From the NCBI GenBank assembly GCA_964525295.1, contig CAZGEO010000002.1:129230-193229 (forward strand): DNA of 64,000 nucleotides. Direction: 5' to 3'. A program made the translations under genes and the position numbers. Shown here one piece after another: positions 1-8,839 of this stretch. Every line of letters starts with the position of its first letter. Position 1 is the first letter of the stretch. This DNA is from an uncultured Candidatus Saccharibacteria bacterium (GTDB lineage Bacteria; Patescibacteriota; Dojkabacteria; GCA-002793355). The notes beneath the pieces are model-generated. The model saw only the letters and a list, made by a program, of their open reading frames with translations. It was not told the DNA's origin and did no database searches.

Positions 1-40
1 TACTATCAAATCGTAAAAAACTAATATAACCGTTATAAAT

Positions 41-322
41 ATGCAGATTAAACCAGTATCAAAGTTCATCGTTCTCAAGCCAGTTGTTCCAGAGGCGAAA
101 ACAAAATCAGGCCTTTTTATTCCAGAAACAGCAAAAGAAGATAAGGTCCCTATGATGGCAGAAGTTGTTGCGGTCGGCACCTCAAAGAAAATTGCAGAGC
201 AGGGGATTAAGGTCGGTGATTGGGTCGTGTATTCAAAATACGCAGGAACAGAAGTCGAACTTGATAACGAAAAGTATATGATCATTTCGATCAAAGACGT
301 TTTGGCGAAAATTGAAAAATAG
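41..322 (+). CDS. groES: co-chaperonin GroES (10 kDa chaperonin)
   Basis: 93 aa; mobile-loop and beta-barrel pattern typical of GroES (IKPVSK..VLKP...KTKSGLFIP...VVAVG); no groEL follows. Confidence 0.85.
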   Translation: MQIKPVSKFIVLKPVVPEAKTKSGLFIPETAKEDKVPMMAEVVAVGTSKKIAEQGIKVGDWVVYSKYAGTEVELDNEKYMIISIKDVLAKIEK

Positions 323-335
323 AGAACGCCACTCT

Positions 336-378
336 TAAAGCGATAAAGCAATAAAGCAATAAAGCAATAAAGCAATAG
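336..378. repeat. tandem octamer repeat (ATAAAGCA) x4 perfect copies plus partial flanking units
   Basis: read directly: ataaagca at 343-350, 351-358, 359-366, 367-374; partial units on both sides; lies just after groES stop. Confidence 0.9.
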
Positions 379-487
379 AACTCTTTACTAGGCCGAATTT
401 AATAGTTTGTTAGTTTAGTGGCTTATTAGCTCGTCTCATATCGTTATTGCAGATTAAAAATTGAAAATTAATAATTAATCAATTACA

Positions 488-706
488 ATGGTCGTTATGA
501 GAGATATCTATACAACTCGTACTCGTTCGCAAATCATTTTCGATAGCTTTTGGGGTGGTATGGCTTGGGGAATTGGTTCAATATTGGGAGCAGTTTTACT
601 CTTTGCGATTGTAGGTTTTATCATAACTCGTGTGCAAGCTATTCCCATAATTGGTAACTTTGTGTACAATGTTCTTATTGAAGTAGAAAAACTTCGAGGA
701 AATTAA
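488..706 (+). CDS. small single-pass membrane protein, unknown function
   Basis: 72 aa ORF with one hydrophobic helix (GIGSILGAVLLFAIVGFIIT); coding status uncertain. Confidence 0.35.
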   Translation: MVVMRDIYTTRTRSQIIFDSFWGGMAWGIGSILGAVLLFAIVGFIITRVQAIPIIGNFVYNVLIEVEKLRGN

Positions 707-733
707 AGAAAATTAATTATTAACTGCTCAACA

Positions 734-988
734 ATGATAGCTCTTGAAATTGTCATTCAAATTCTTACTATAGTAGTTTTACTAATGTTGGCTGGAGTGC
801 TTTGGTATCTTTTTACCATGATGCAGAAAGTTAATAAGCGCCTTGATTCTCTACTCGAAATTCTTGATTATTACGAAAAGATTAAGGCTGTCGCCTTAGA
901 ATTCATGAACGGCCCAGGCAAGATGTATATTGAAATCTTCCAGTCAGTCTTGTCATTTGTCGTGCCATTTTTCACTAAGAAAAAATAA
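734..988 (+). CDS. small single-pass membrane protein, unknown function
   Basis: 84 aa ORF, N-terminal TM helix, Lys-rich C-terminus. Confidence 0.35.
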   Translation: MIALEIVIQILTIVVLLMLAGVLWYLFTMMQKVNKRLDSLLEILDYYEKIKAVALEFMNGPGKMYIEIFQSVLSFVVPFFTKKK

Positions 989-1053
989 TTGAGAAAAAAT
1001 AACAGCCTGAGTATTTTCATTGTTGTGCGGAATCTGCCTTTTCGTTTGACAAA

Positions 1054-2634
1054 TTGGCGCTAAACCAAGTAGAATCTGTTATGAACAAATTCTTGAAGAA
1101 ATTCCTAGAAATCGGGGCAGTATTGTTGATTGCCGGGGTGATATTTGCACCTCCTATTGCAGCAGTTGAAGATGTAAACCTCTATCTTAAAGTATACGAA
1201 GACGATGCCCAAGTTTCTAAAGTCATGACTGAATCTGATTCTGAAGATAAGCAGAAATCGAAGAATCGTGATTTGGTTGCAATGCTTGTATCCTGGTATA
1301 AAACAATGTTCGGTCTTGATGGCGCACCAAAGGCAGTTGTTGCTGAAGCTATTCAGAATGGCGAATTGCGTCCAGAGTTACAATATGGCGTTGTTCGTTA
1401 TGCAACAGATACGTATGTGAGTGCATTTTTTTATAGTCCATCGGTAAGTATTCCAAATTACTATGCAGATATGTTGTTGCCTGATGTGTTGAATCCTGCA
1501 TCATCAACTGCTTACGCTGCTGCAACCGATCAACCAGATAATCGTTCAGCAACAGAGTATCTAAAAAGTATGGGAATCAATAAACTTTGGGGTATTACCT
1601 TCGGTTTAGCCATGCTCATTTTGGTACTAGTTCTTATGGTTGCCGGTTTTATGATTATGTTCAGATCAAAGGCTGGTGGTCAAACAGTAGTTACCGTCAC
1701 TATGGCGTTGCAAAATGTTATTATTGGCGCGTTGTTAGCACTCGCAAGTTATGCGATTGGTGGTGTCTTTTTAAATATTTCGAAATACTTGATTCTTCTG
1801 ATTGGTACATTATTTGCCGGTTTCATGTCAGATCAAGGGCTAAATGTTATCTATCTGTCAGGGCCATGGAATTTAACTAAGGATTTTTTCATCACAACAA
1901 TTTGGGGTTCAAAAGATATTCTCGGTACAGCAACCGGTGCAGTTCAATCATGGGGTGATAGCATTGCGCAAGGTTGGGCAGGCTTTACTCAAGGTTGGCA
2001 AGATGCAAAGCAAACGGTTATTAGTCTTGAAGCATATCTTAATGGTTTATCTTCAGGTTTGTCAGGTACAGCGGAATTATTGAGAAATACGATTGCATAC
2101 CCATTTGTATTTATGGGGGCAAGAGTTATTCTTGGTGGAGTTATTCTTGTTGCTGCAATTAGAATTTTCTGGACAGTACTTTCAACATATATCAAAATGG
2201 TTGTTGATATTGTAATTGCACCGTTGGTTTTCATGATTTCAGCTCTTCCTGGTAAGCAGTCAGGTTATACAAACTGGCTGAATAGAATGTTTAAGAATGC
2301 CATTACAGTTCCAATCATGTTCGCTTTTGTTAACATTGCAGCATATCTCTCATTGAGTGTTGCTTCAGCACAAGGTGGTTGCAGTAACAATCTTATTACT
2401 TGTATATCGGCTGGAGCGATTCCTGTGGGGCAGAGTACTGGTACTGATTGGTTGTTTAGCGCAATGGGGCCAGGAGGAGTTATTGCTGCGGTTATGTTAA
2501 ACATGGTTCCAACTATGCCGGCATTTGTAGAAGATCTATTCTCTGGAAAATCAAGTGGTGGTCCATCGAAAGCCTGGGAAGGCGTCAAGAAGAACCTTCA
2601 AGTTTTGCCAGTATTTGGTGGGTTAATTCAATAA
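1054..2634 (+). CDS. polytopic membrane protein; signal peptide plus ~170 aa extracytoplasmic domain plus >=6 TM helices; VirB6/TrbL-like topology (function unproven)
   Basis: 526 aa; N-terminal hydrophobic signal (AVLLIAGVIFAPPIAA), then multiple long hydrophobic segments through the C-terminal two-thirds; internal antisense ORFs in the track look spurious. Confidence 0.5.
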   Translation: MALNQVESVMNKFLKKFLEIGAVLLIAGVIFAPPIAAVEDVNLYLKVYEDDAQVSKVMTESDSEDKQKSKNRDLVAMLVSWYKTMFGLDGAPKAVVAEAIQNGELRPELQYGVVRYATDTYVSAFFYSPSVSIPNYYADMLLPDVLNPASSTAYAAATDQPDNRSATEYLKSMGINKLWGITFGLAMLILVLVLMVAGFMIMFRSKAGGQTVVTVTMALQNVIIGALLALASYAIGGVFLNISKYLILLIGTLFAGFMSDQGLNVIYLSGPWNLTKDFFITTIWGSKDILGTATGAVQSWGDSIAQGWAGFTQGWQDAKQTVISLEAYLNGLSSGLSGTAELLRNTIAYPFVFMGARVILGGVILVAAIRIFWTVLSTYIKMVVDIVIAPLVFMISALPGKQSGYTNWLNRMFKNAITVPIMFAFVNIAAYLSLSVASAQGGCSNNLITCISAGAIPVGQSTGTDWLFSAMGPGGVIAAVMLNMVPTMPAFVEDLFSGKSSGGPSKAWEGVKKNLQVLPVFGGLIQ

Positions 2635-2646
2635 CGATAATAACTG

Positions 2647-5598
2647 ATGCCTGCGCCAAAAGGTCAAGAGTCAATGAGTGCATTGGGGTCATTATATGAC
2701 CTATTGTTCGCGGTCGCAGAAGATACATCAAAAAAGAAAGGGCCTGCAGCAGTTCCTGATCTCGTGACTTCGCAGATTAGCGATGGCGTTGCAGAAGGTT
2801 TAGTTGGTTTAGGCTCTGCACTCGCGGGAATTTCGGGCGAAAAAGGTGTAGAAAGTTTGGTTGGTTATGAATTAAAGGATTTATTCAACTCGTCAGCCGG
2901 AACTGTACAAGGTGAGTACAAAAATTTGTTTGGTACTGGAGATGGAAATCCCTATGTTTTTGCTACTCCAACAGCTGATGATCCTGACAAGAAAGCTTAC
3001 AATAAACAGGGTTTTTATGTTTTTAAAGATGAGGAAGGTGCGGAATTAGGGCGTCTTGACGCTTCTGGTGGTGTAACTGCAGAAGTTAATGCGGGAATGG
3101 TAAACAGTATATTGTTGAATCCAGCAGGTCTTGCGAATAGCATTGTTACTGATTGGTGGACAAAACGTCAGCAAGCCCAAATGATTGAAACGATTTCAGC
3201 AATTGTATCAGGTCAAACAGATCCTTCGCGCTTTTTGATGGATTCTGTCAATTTGGCTGATGATGTCGCACTTGATAATACTAATGCGCAAATTGCTGGA
3301 AACTACGTAAAGAATAGAAAGCTAGGTATAGATAAAGATGTTGCAGCAGCGATCGCCCAGGTAGAAGCTGCAGATTCAGCACGTGTAGCTGCCTTAGCTC
3401 GTGATAATCGTGGATACACAAAAGATGACTTGAGCCGATATACACAAGCTATAGATACTGCAGTTGCAATGTTTGCTGGAATCGACAAAGAAGAAGAGCG
3501 TTCAGAATTTGTTAATCTGTACAATTCTAGAGTCAAACAAGAATTGTTGAATAGATATAATCAAATGTCTGCCAATTTACCCCAATTTCAGGCAGTCAAC
3601 TCATTTGATGAGCTCTTTCTAGCAGCCAATAGAGGGCAATTACTTTCTATGCTTGATAACAATACATTATTTAATCGAGCATATGGTGGTCGTAGTCTTG
3701 GTGATGAAATGCAAAATGCATTTATGGATGTTTTTGGGCACTTAGGTACAGACAATACGTTATCTCCTCAGATGCGCGCGCATTTTGCTGGATTGTGGAA
3801 CAAAGTTGGGAATGACGAAACTTTTGGAAATTTGCTACGTTCAATGTCAACAGCTGTTAATCCAGAAGTTAAGAATGCGAGACCATTGATGCGTATGGGA
3901 ATTTCGGAGTTATCTGAGAAGATTAAGAATAACGCTGAAGGGGTGAAAAGTTTCTTACAATCACGAGTATTACAGAGTAACGAAAAACGATTAGAACGCG
4001 GTGATCAATGGAAAGATTTTAACGATTGGCGAGCGAAAACTGCCAATACCCTAAGTTACGCATACTTACGTTGGCAAACGGTTCCCTCAATTAATAAAAT
4101 ATTTACGCCAATCGGCCTATTAACGGGGCAAAGTTGGTATGATCTTTCAAACTGGGCTGGCGGTCCTGTTGGGTATGGTTTTGCTAAAACTTCTCCAGCT
4201 GAGTCTTTGAATATTGAATCTCCTAAAGTTTTTGGTGCTTATGGTTGGAATAAATTGCTTTTAATGCCAAGTAAAGCGAATGGGTTCCAAAAATTTGCGT
4301 ACACGATGGGAACATTTAGTCCATTGGGTGCTGCACAAGGATTCTTTAATGGCGATTTATTCCAAAGAATGGTTTGGATTGGTTCAGGATTTGGAAAGAA
4401 TATTGGTGACCAAACTAAGTGGGGTTGGATGGCAAGAGTTGGCCACGGTTTTTTAAACAATAGCGTATATCAAGGAATGGTTGGTGGCGTAAATTTTGGT
4501 CGTTATGTGTTTAACTTGCCTTCAATGATGATCAATCAATCGATGATGTTTATTCAGAAGGAGATTATTGATAAACTGCGCCAAAAAATGGCAGATGCGG
4601 CGGCGGCAGCATTTAGAAAATTAGTTGGCCAGAAAATTGCCGATTGGATAATTGCAGCAATTGGTGTAGTTACTGGTGGAATCATTAATGCGATTCAAAT
4701 TACTTATAAAGCATTGAATTATTTAACACTTGGTTTACTGGATAAAGTTACCGAATTTACATTGAAGCTTGCAATGCAAATTGTGATTGGTGTCATTTTG
4801 GGGATTTTTGTCGTAATTCCAGCGATTGCTGGAGGTGTAAATAGCGGTGATTCCAACGAAGTCGCTGCAACCCTCGGTTCTGGTGGCTTGCGTGCTCCTG
4901 ATCCTGATTGGGAACCGATTCTAGTAGATGCTGCGAATTTGGAGCTTGAACCACCTCCTGATCCTGGAGATGTTCCAACTGATGATCCGATAGATATGCC
5001 CGGTGCTAAAGGTATCGATGTGAGCCATTGGAACGGTGATATTAATTGGCAAACAGTTAAGAAATCAGGGCTTGTAGAGTTCGCAATTATTAAGGCCTCT
5101 GAAGGAACGGGGTTTGTTGATCATAGATTTGTAAAGAATTGTCAAAGTGCCAAATCTGTAGGTATTAAACGTTCGGCTTATCACTTCTTTCATGGTGATA
5201 TGAACGGAAAAGATCAAGCGAATCATTTCCTCAATACAATTAAGAAATGTGGCTCCGCTATGGATTTTGAAGTTACCATTGATGTTGAATTACCTTATAA
5301 AAGACCACCTCCAGATGTTAGTGTTTCAACGAAGAATTTGAAATTAATGCTTGATACGTTAGAGGCAGCACTTGGGTATAAGCCGATGATCTATACCAGT
5401 GATGTAATGTGGAAAGCAATGACAGTTCAACCAGGATGGGGGGGAAATGAGTATCCATTATGGGTTGCTGCGTATAATAATGTAGGTCCAGGTAAATTGC
5501 CAAAAGGTTGGACAGAATGGGTAATTTGGCAGTATAGCAAGAAAGGTAAGATCCCAGGAATTCCTTCTTCAGTTGACTTAAACATTTGGAACGATTAG
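2647..5598 (+). CDS. large membrane-anchored protein with C-terminal GH25 muramidase (lysozyme) domain
   Basis: 983 aa; C-terminus contains GIDVSHWNGDINWQTVKKSGLVEFAIIKASEG...SAYHFF...DVE, the hallmark GH25 (Lyz2/Cpl-1 type) signature; two TM helices around aa 660-740; Pro/Asp-rich linker before the hydrolase. Confidence 0.75.
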   Translation: MPAPKGQESMSALGSLYDLLFAVAEDTSKKKGPAAVPDLVTSQISDGVAEGLVGLGSALAGISGEKGVESLVGYELKDLFNSSAGTVQGEYKNLFGTGDGNPYVFATPTADDPDKKAYNKQGFYVFKDEEGAELGRLDASGGVTAEVNAGMVNSILLNPAGLANSIVTDWWTKRQQAQMIETISAIVSGQTDPSRFLMDSVNLADDVALDNTNAQIAGNYVKNRKLGIDKDVAAAIAQVEAADSARVAALARDNRGYTKDDLSRYTQAIDTAVAMFAGIDKEEERSEFVNLYNSRVKQELLNRYNQMSANLPQFQAVNSFDELFLAANRGQLLSMLDNNTLFNRAYGGRSLGDEMQNAFMDVFGHLGTDNTLSPQMRAHFAGLWNKVGNDETFGNLLRSMSTAVNPEVKNARPLMRMGISELSEKIKNNAEGVKSFLQSRVLQSNEKRLERGDQWKDFNDWRAKTANTLSYAYLRWQTVPSINKIFTPIGLLTGQSWYDLSNWAGGPVGYGFAKTSPAESLNIESPKVFGAYGWNKLLLMPSKANGFQKFAYTMGTFSPLGAAQGFFNGDLFQRMVWIGSGFGKNIGDQTKWGWMARVGHGFLNNSVYQGMVGGVNFGRYVFNLPSMMINQSMMFIQKEIIDKLRQKMADAAAAAFRKLVGQKIADWIIAAIGVVTGGIINAIQITYKALNYLTLGLLDKVTEFTLKLAMQIVIGVILGIFVVIPAIAGGVNSGDSNEVAATLGSGGLRAPDPDWEPILVDAANLELEPPPDPGDVPTDDPIDMPGAKGIDVSHWNGDINWQTVKKSGLVEFAIIKASEGTGFVDHRFVKNCQSAKSVGIKRSAYHFFHGDMNGKDQANHFLNTIKKCGSAMDFEVTIDVELPYKRPPPDVSVSTKNLKLMLDTLEAALGYKPMIYTSDVMWKAMTVQPGWGGNEYPLWVAAYNNVGPGKLPKGWTEWVIWQYSKKGKIPGIPSSVDLNIWND

Positions 5599-5652
5599 GC
5601 ATTTATAATAGGAATGTTAGCCCCCCTTGCCCAATCATAATTCCTCAGTATA

Positions 5653-6816
5653 ATGTACATAATGAAAGCGTTTTCTTTGATGCAAAAATATGTAGTTAGA
5701 ACACTTATTGTGGCACTAACTGTAGCCCTTGTGCCTTTGTCATTTTCCTCTGAGGTTTATGCTGCGCCAAAATCAGCAAACCTTCCCATGACGTGTGATA
5801 GAAGTAAGGGAGTTTATAAAGAAATGTCAACACTCGTTGTCATTCCTCTTGATTCAATGTTTACACGAATGCCAGGTCAGAGTCCAGAAGATGCTGCAAA
5901 AGCTATCTTTTATGATCTTGTTTATGCCCGAGGGAATAAGGCTTCGCCGTTCAATGCGGTGTCAATAGATGGTGACATCTATCATTTATCTTGTGAATTT
6001 ATTGACTATACAGCGAATATTGAAACTGGTTTGAAGCAGGGTACTTTCATTTTGGGTGTTAGCGGGCAGGTTAAAACTGCAGAAATTCAGTCATTAATTG
6101 ATACGTACAAATTCACCTCCTTCTTGCAGGCTTCTATGGCAAAAAATACTGCCGAAAATGCGACAGCTACATTAGCTCTAGCGAATGTTAAAGAATGCGT
6201 AGCACCTTGTAAAGGTTTAAATGTCGCCAAAGACGGGCCCACCTCAAGATCCTATAAACTCGCAGTAAGCGATGTTGAATTTTCAAAGAGCGTTCGCCAA
6301 AGAGAACAAGCAGCATTGTCATTAAAAGTGAAAAATGAAAGTGAATTTCCAATCTATAATGTTGGTACTAATAGAGTAAAGTTACAAACTACTAGTTCAG
6401 GAACATCAGATTTGTATTATTCTACCTGGTTAGCTCCGAATATCGTAGCAATGAATACCGAAGTACTTTTGCCAGGGGCTGAGATGACATTTTCAACAAC
6501 TTTAGGTGCGCCTTTATTGCCTGGTAAATACTTCGAGAATTTTCAAGTTCAAGTAGGTAATTTCAAGCTTGAGAAACCGATCACTGTCGAATTTACGGTT
6601 GAAAAAGACAATCTAAAGTTAGGTCAAATAAAATCAAAAGATGGTGCAGCATTCGCAAACCTTCGTGAAGGGCCAAGTTTGACGGCAAATATTCTAGGTA
6701 GGCTTGATGTCGGCGTTTATGTCGTTATCAAAGAATATCAAGATGCTTGGGTCAAGGTCGAAACCAAAGAAGGTAAAACAGGGTGGGTATACAAGCCATC
6801 GATAAAAGAATTGTAA
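5653..6816 (+). CDS. secreted protein with C-terminal bacterial SH3 (SH3b) domain
   Basis: 387 aa; signal peptide (cleavage near VYA|AP); C-terminal ~65 aa resembles SH3b (GQIKSKDGAAFANLREGPS...GVYVVIKEYQDAWVKVE...GKTGWVY). Confidence 0.5.
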   Translation: MYIMKAFSLMQKYVVRTLIVALTVALVPLSFSSEVYAAPKSANLPMTCDRSKGVYKEMSTLVVIPLDSMFTRMPGQSPEDAAKAIFYDLVYARGNKASPFNAVSIDGDIYHLSCEFIDYTANIETGLKQGTFILGVSGQVKTAEIQSLIDTYKFTSFLQASMAKNTAENATATLALANVKECVAPCKGLNVAKDGPTSRSYKLAVSDVEFSKSVRQREQAALSLKVKNESEFPIYNVGTNRVKLQTTSSGTSDLYYSTWLAPNIVAMNTEVLLPGAEMTFSTTLGAPLLPGKYFENFQVQVGNFKLEKPITVEFTVEKDNLKLGQIKSKDGAAFANLREGPSLTANILGRLDVGVYVVIKEYQDAWVKVETKEGKTGWVYKPSIKEL

Positions 6817-6832
6817 GTTAGAAATAATTGCT

Positions 6833-8839
6833 ATGTCAGTACTTCTTGATTTGAATACGTTAAATGCTGCCCAAAAAGAGGCTGTTATTGAATGCGATGG
6901 CCCTTTACTCATCTTAGCTGGTGCAGGGTCAGGTAAAACACGCGTTATTACGTACAAAATTGTGCATTTAATTACCATGCTCAATTATGCTGCAGATGAA
7001 ATTTTGGCGGTTACCTTTACGAAAAAGGCAGCTGGTGAAATGCAGGAGCGTATCATGCAACTATTACCACCGCAATATCACGATAAGAAACCTTTTATTG
7101 GAACTTTCCACTCGTTTGGCGCTTTTTTGTTGCGTCGTCATGCAGACAAAATCGGGCTTGATAGAGCATTTTCGATTTATGACCAAGATGATCAGCTTTC
7201 GGTGATTAAGGCGATATGTAAAGATTTTGAAATTAGCGCCAATTTCAAACCGAATATGATCCATGAAAAAATTTCAGATGCGAAAAATAAAGGGATTACG
7301 GCAGACGATTATTTTGCTAATAGCTACGGTGATGACTTTGATGAAGCAGTGTCAAAAGTCTATAGAGAATATATGAAACGTTTGAAAGCTCAAAATGCCG
7401 TTGACTTTGATGATCTCTTGTCGCTAGTAGTGAAGCTTTTTGAGCAAAACGCTGATATTTTAGAGAAGTATCAAGATCGCTTCAAATATATACTGGTTGA
7501 TGAATACCAGGATACAAATATGGAGCAGTATCGAATAATTAGGTTGCTCGCCAAAAAACATCATAGACTGTGTGTTGTAGGTGATGAAGATCAGTCAATA
7601 TATTCTTGGCGTGGCGCAACAGTTGATAATATCCGTTTTTTTCAGAAAGATTTTCCAGATCATAAGATTGTAAAATTAGAGCAGAATTATCGTTCAACCA
7701 AGATAATTCTCGATGCTGCGAATCACGTAATCTCGAAAAATCCGAATCGAATTCCCAAAGCTTTGTGGACTGACAAAGACAAACAATACCCGATTGTCGT
7801 GTCGAGGCTTGAAGATCCATTTTCAGAGGCAATATACGTATTGCGCGAGTTACAAAATCATTTGAGGAATCTTGACGACGTGGCAGTTTTGTATCGCGTT
7901 AACTCGATGTCGCGAACATTTGAAGAAATGTTTGTGAAGTATGGGGTTCCATACAAATTGGTGGGTGGTGTCGGTTTTTATCAGCGTATGGAAGTAAAAG
8001 ATGTTTTGGCGTATTTAAAGTTTCTTAATAATCCAAAAGACGAAGTCAGTTTACTGCGAATCATAAATACGCCAACTCGAAAAATTGGTGATGGAGCAAT
8101 TAAAAATTTTCGTGAATTAGCTCGCAATGTGCATCTTGGGCTCGCTGAATTTGTTTGGTATGCGTCTCTCGTTGCACACGATGAAGACTTTGCTATGGTT
8201 ATGGTTAGTGAAGAATATCTTTCGAAAATTCAAGAATGTGCTGGCGATACATTGAAAAAATATCCTCAGTTATTCGAACAATTAGGGCGAGTCATAAAGA
8301 AGTCGTTTGATCCTGTTGTAGACATTTCGACATTTGTCATGGCATTGGTTGATGATGTTGGGTATAAAGCATGGATTGAAAAGATGGCAAGTTCGAAAGA
8401 AGAAATGATTTCTCGCTACGCAAATGTTCAAGAACTCGCTGCAGTTGCGCAGCGAAATAAATATGTGGGGCGCGAAGGTTTAACAAAATTTCTAGAAGAC
8501 GTAGCGCTTGTTGAAGAAGCAAAAGAAGTAACCGAAGAAACGAATTCAAATATTAAAGGAAAAGTGCACCTAATGTCGATTCATGCTGCAAAAGGCCTCG
8601 AGTTTGGAACTGTTTTTCTTGTTGGGCTAGAGGAAGGAATCTTCCCTCATAATCGTTCGTTAGATAATCCTGTACAAATGCAAGAAGAAAGACGACTGTT
8701 TTATGTCGCAATTACAAGAGCAAAAGAGCATCTTTTCTTGACAAGTGCACGTCGTAGGCAAATGGGAAATATGTCATTTGAGACTGTTCCGTCTCAATAT
8801 CTCGCAGATATTCCCGATAAACTCAAAGTCGAAGTGTAA
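6833..8839 (+). CDS. pcrA: ATP-dependent DNA helicase, UvrD/PcrA family
   Basis: 668 aa; Walker A AGAGSGKT, motif II VDEYQDTN, QNYRS, VGDEDQSIY; superfamily 1A helicase motifs in order. Confidence 0.9.
   Translation: MSVLLDLNTLNAAQKEAVIECDGPLLILAGAGSGKTRVITYKIVHLITMLNYAADEILAVTFTKKAAGEMQERIMQLLPPQYHDKKPFIGTFHSFGAFLLRRHADKIGLDRAFSIYDQDDQLSVIKAICKDFEISANFKPNMIHEKISDAKNKGITADDYFANSYGDDFDEAVSKVYREYMKRLKAQNAVDFDDLLSLVVKLFEQNADILEKYQDRFKYILVDEYQDTNMEQYRIIRLLAKKHHRLCVVGDEDQSIYSWRGATVDNIRFFQKDFPDHKIVKLEQNYRSTKIILDAANHVISKNPNRIPKALWTDKDKQYPIVVSRLEDPFSEAIYVLRELQNHLRNLDDVAVLYRVNSMSRTFEEMFVKYGVPYKLVGGVGFYQRMEVKDVLAYLKFLNNPKDEVSLLRIINTPTRKIGDGAIKNFRELARNVHLGLAEFVWYASLVAHDEDFAMVMVSEEYLSKIQECAGDTLKKYPQLFEQLGRVIKKSFDPVVDISTFVMALVDDVGYKAWIEKMASSKEEMISRYANVQELAAVAQRNKYVGREGLTKFLEDVALVEEAKEVTEETNSNIKGKVHLMSIHAAKGLEFGTVFLVGLEEGIFPHNRSLDNPVQMQEERRLFYVAITRAKEHLFLTSARRRQMGNMSFETVPSQYLADIPDKLKVEV

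Noticed and set aside
336-378. CRISPR array
   Set aside because: This is the only tandem repeat in the window. Its 8-nt units have no spacers, so it is a microsatellite, not a CRISPR. No CRISPR-like repeat-spacer structure was seen elsewhere.
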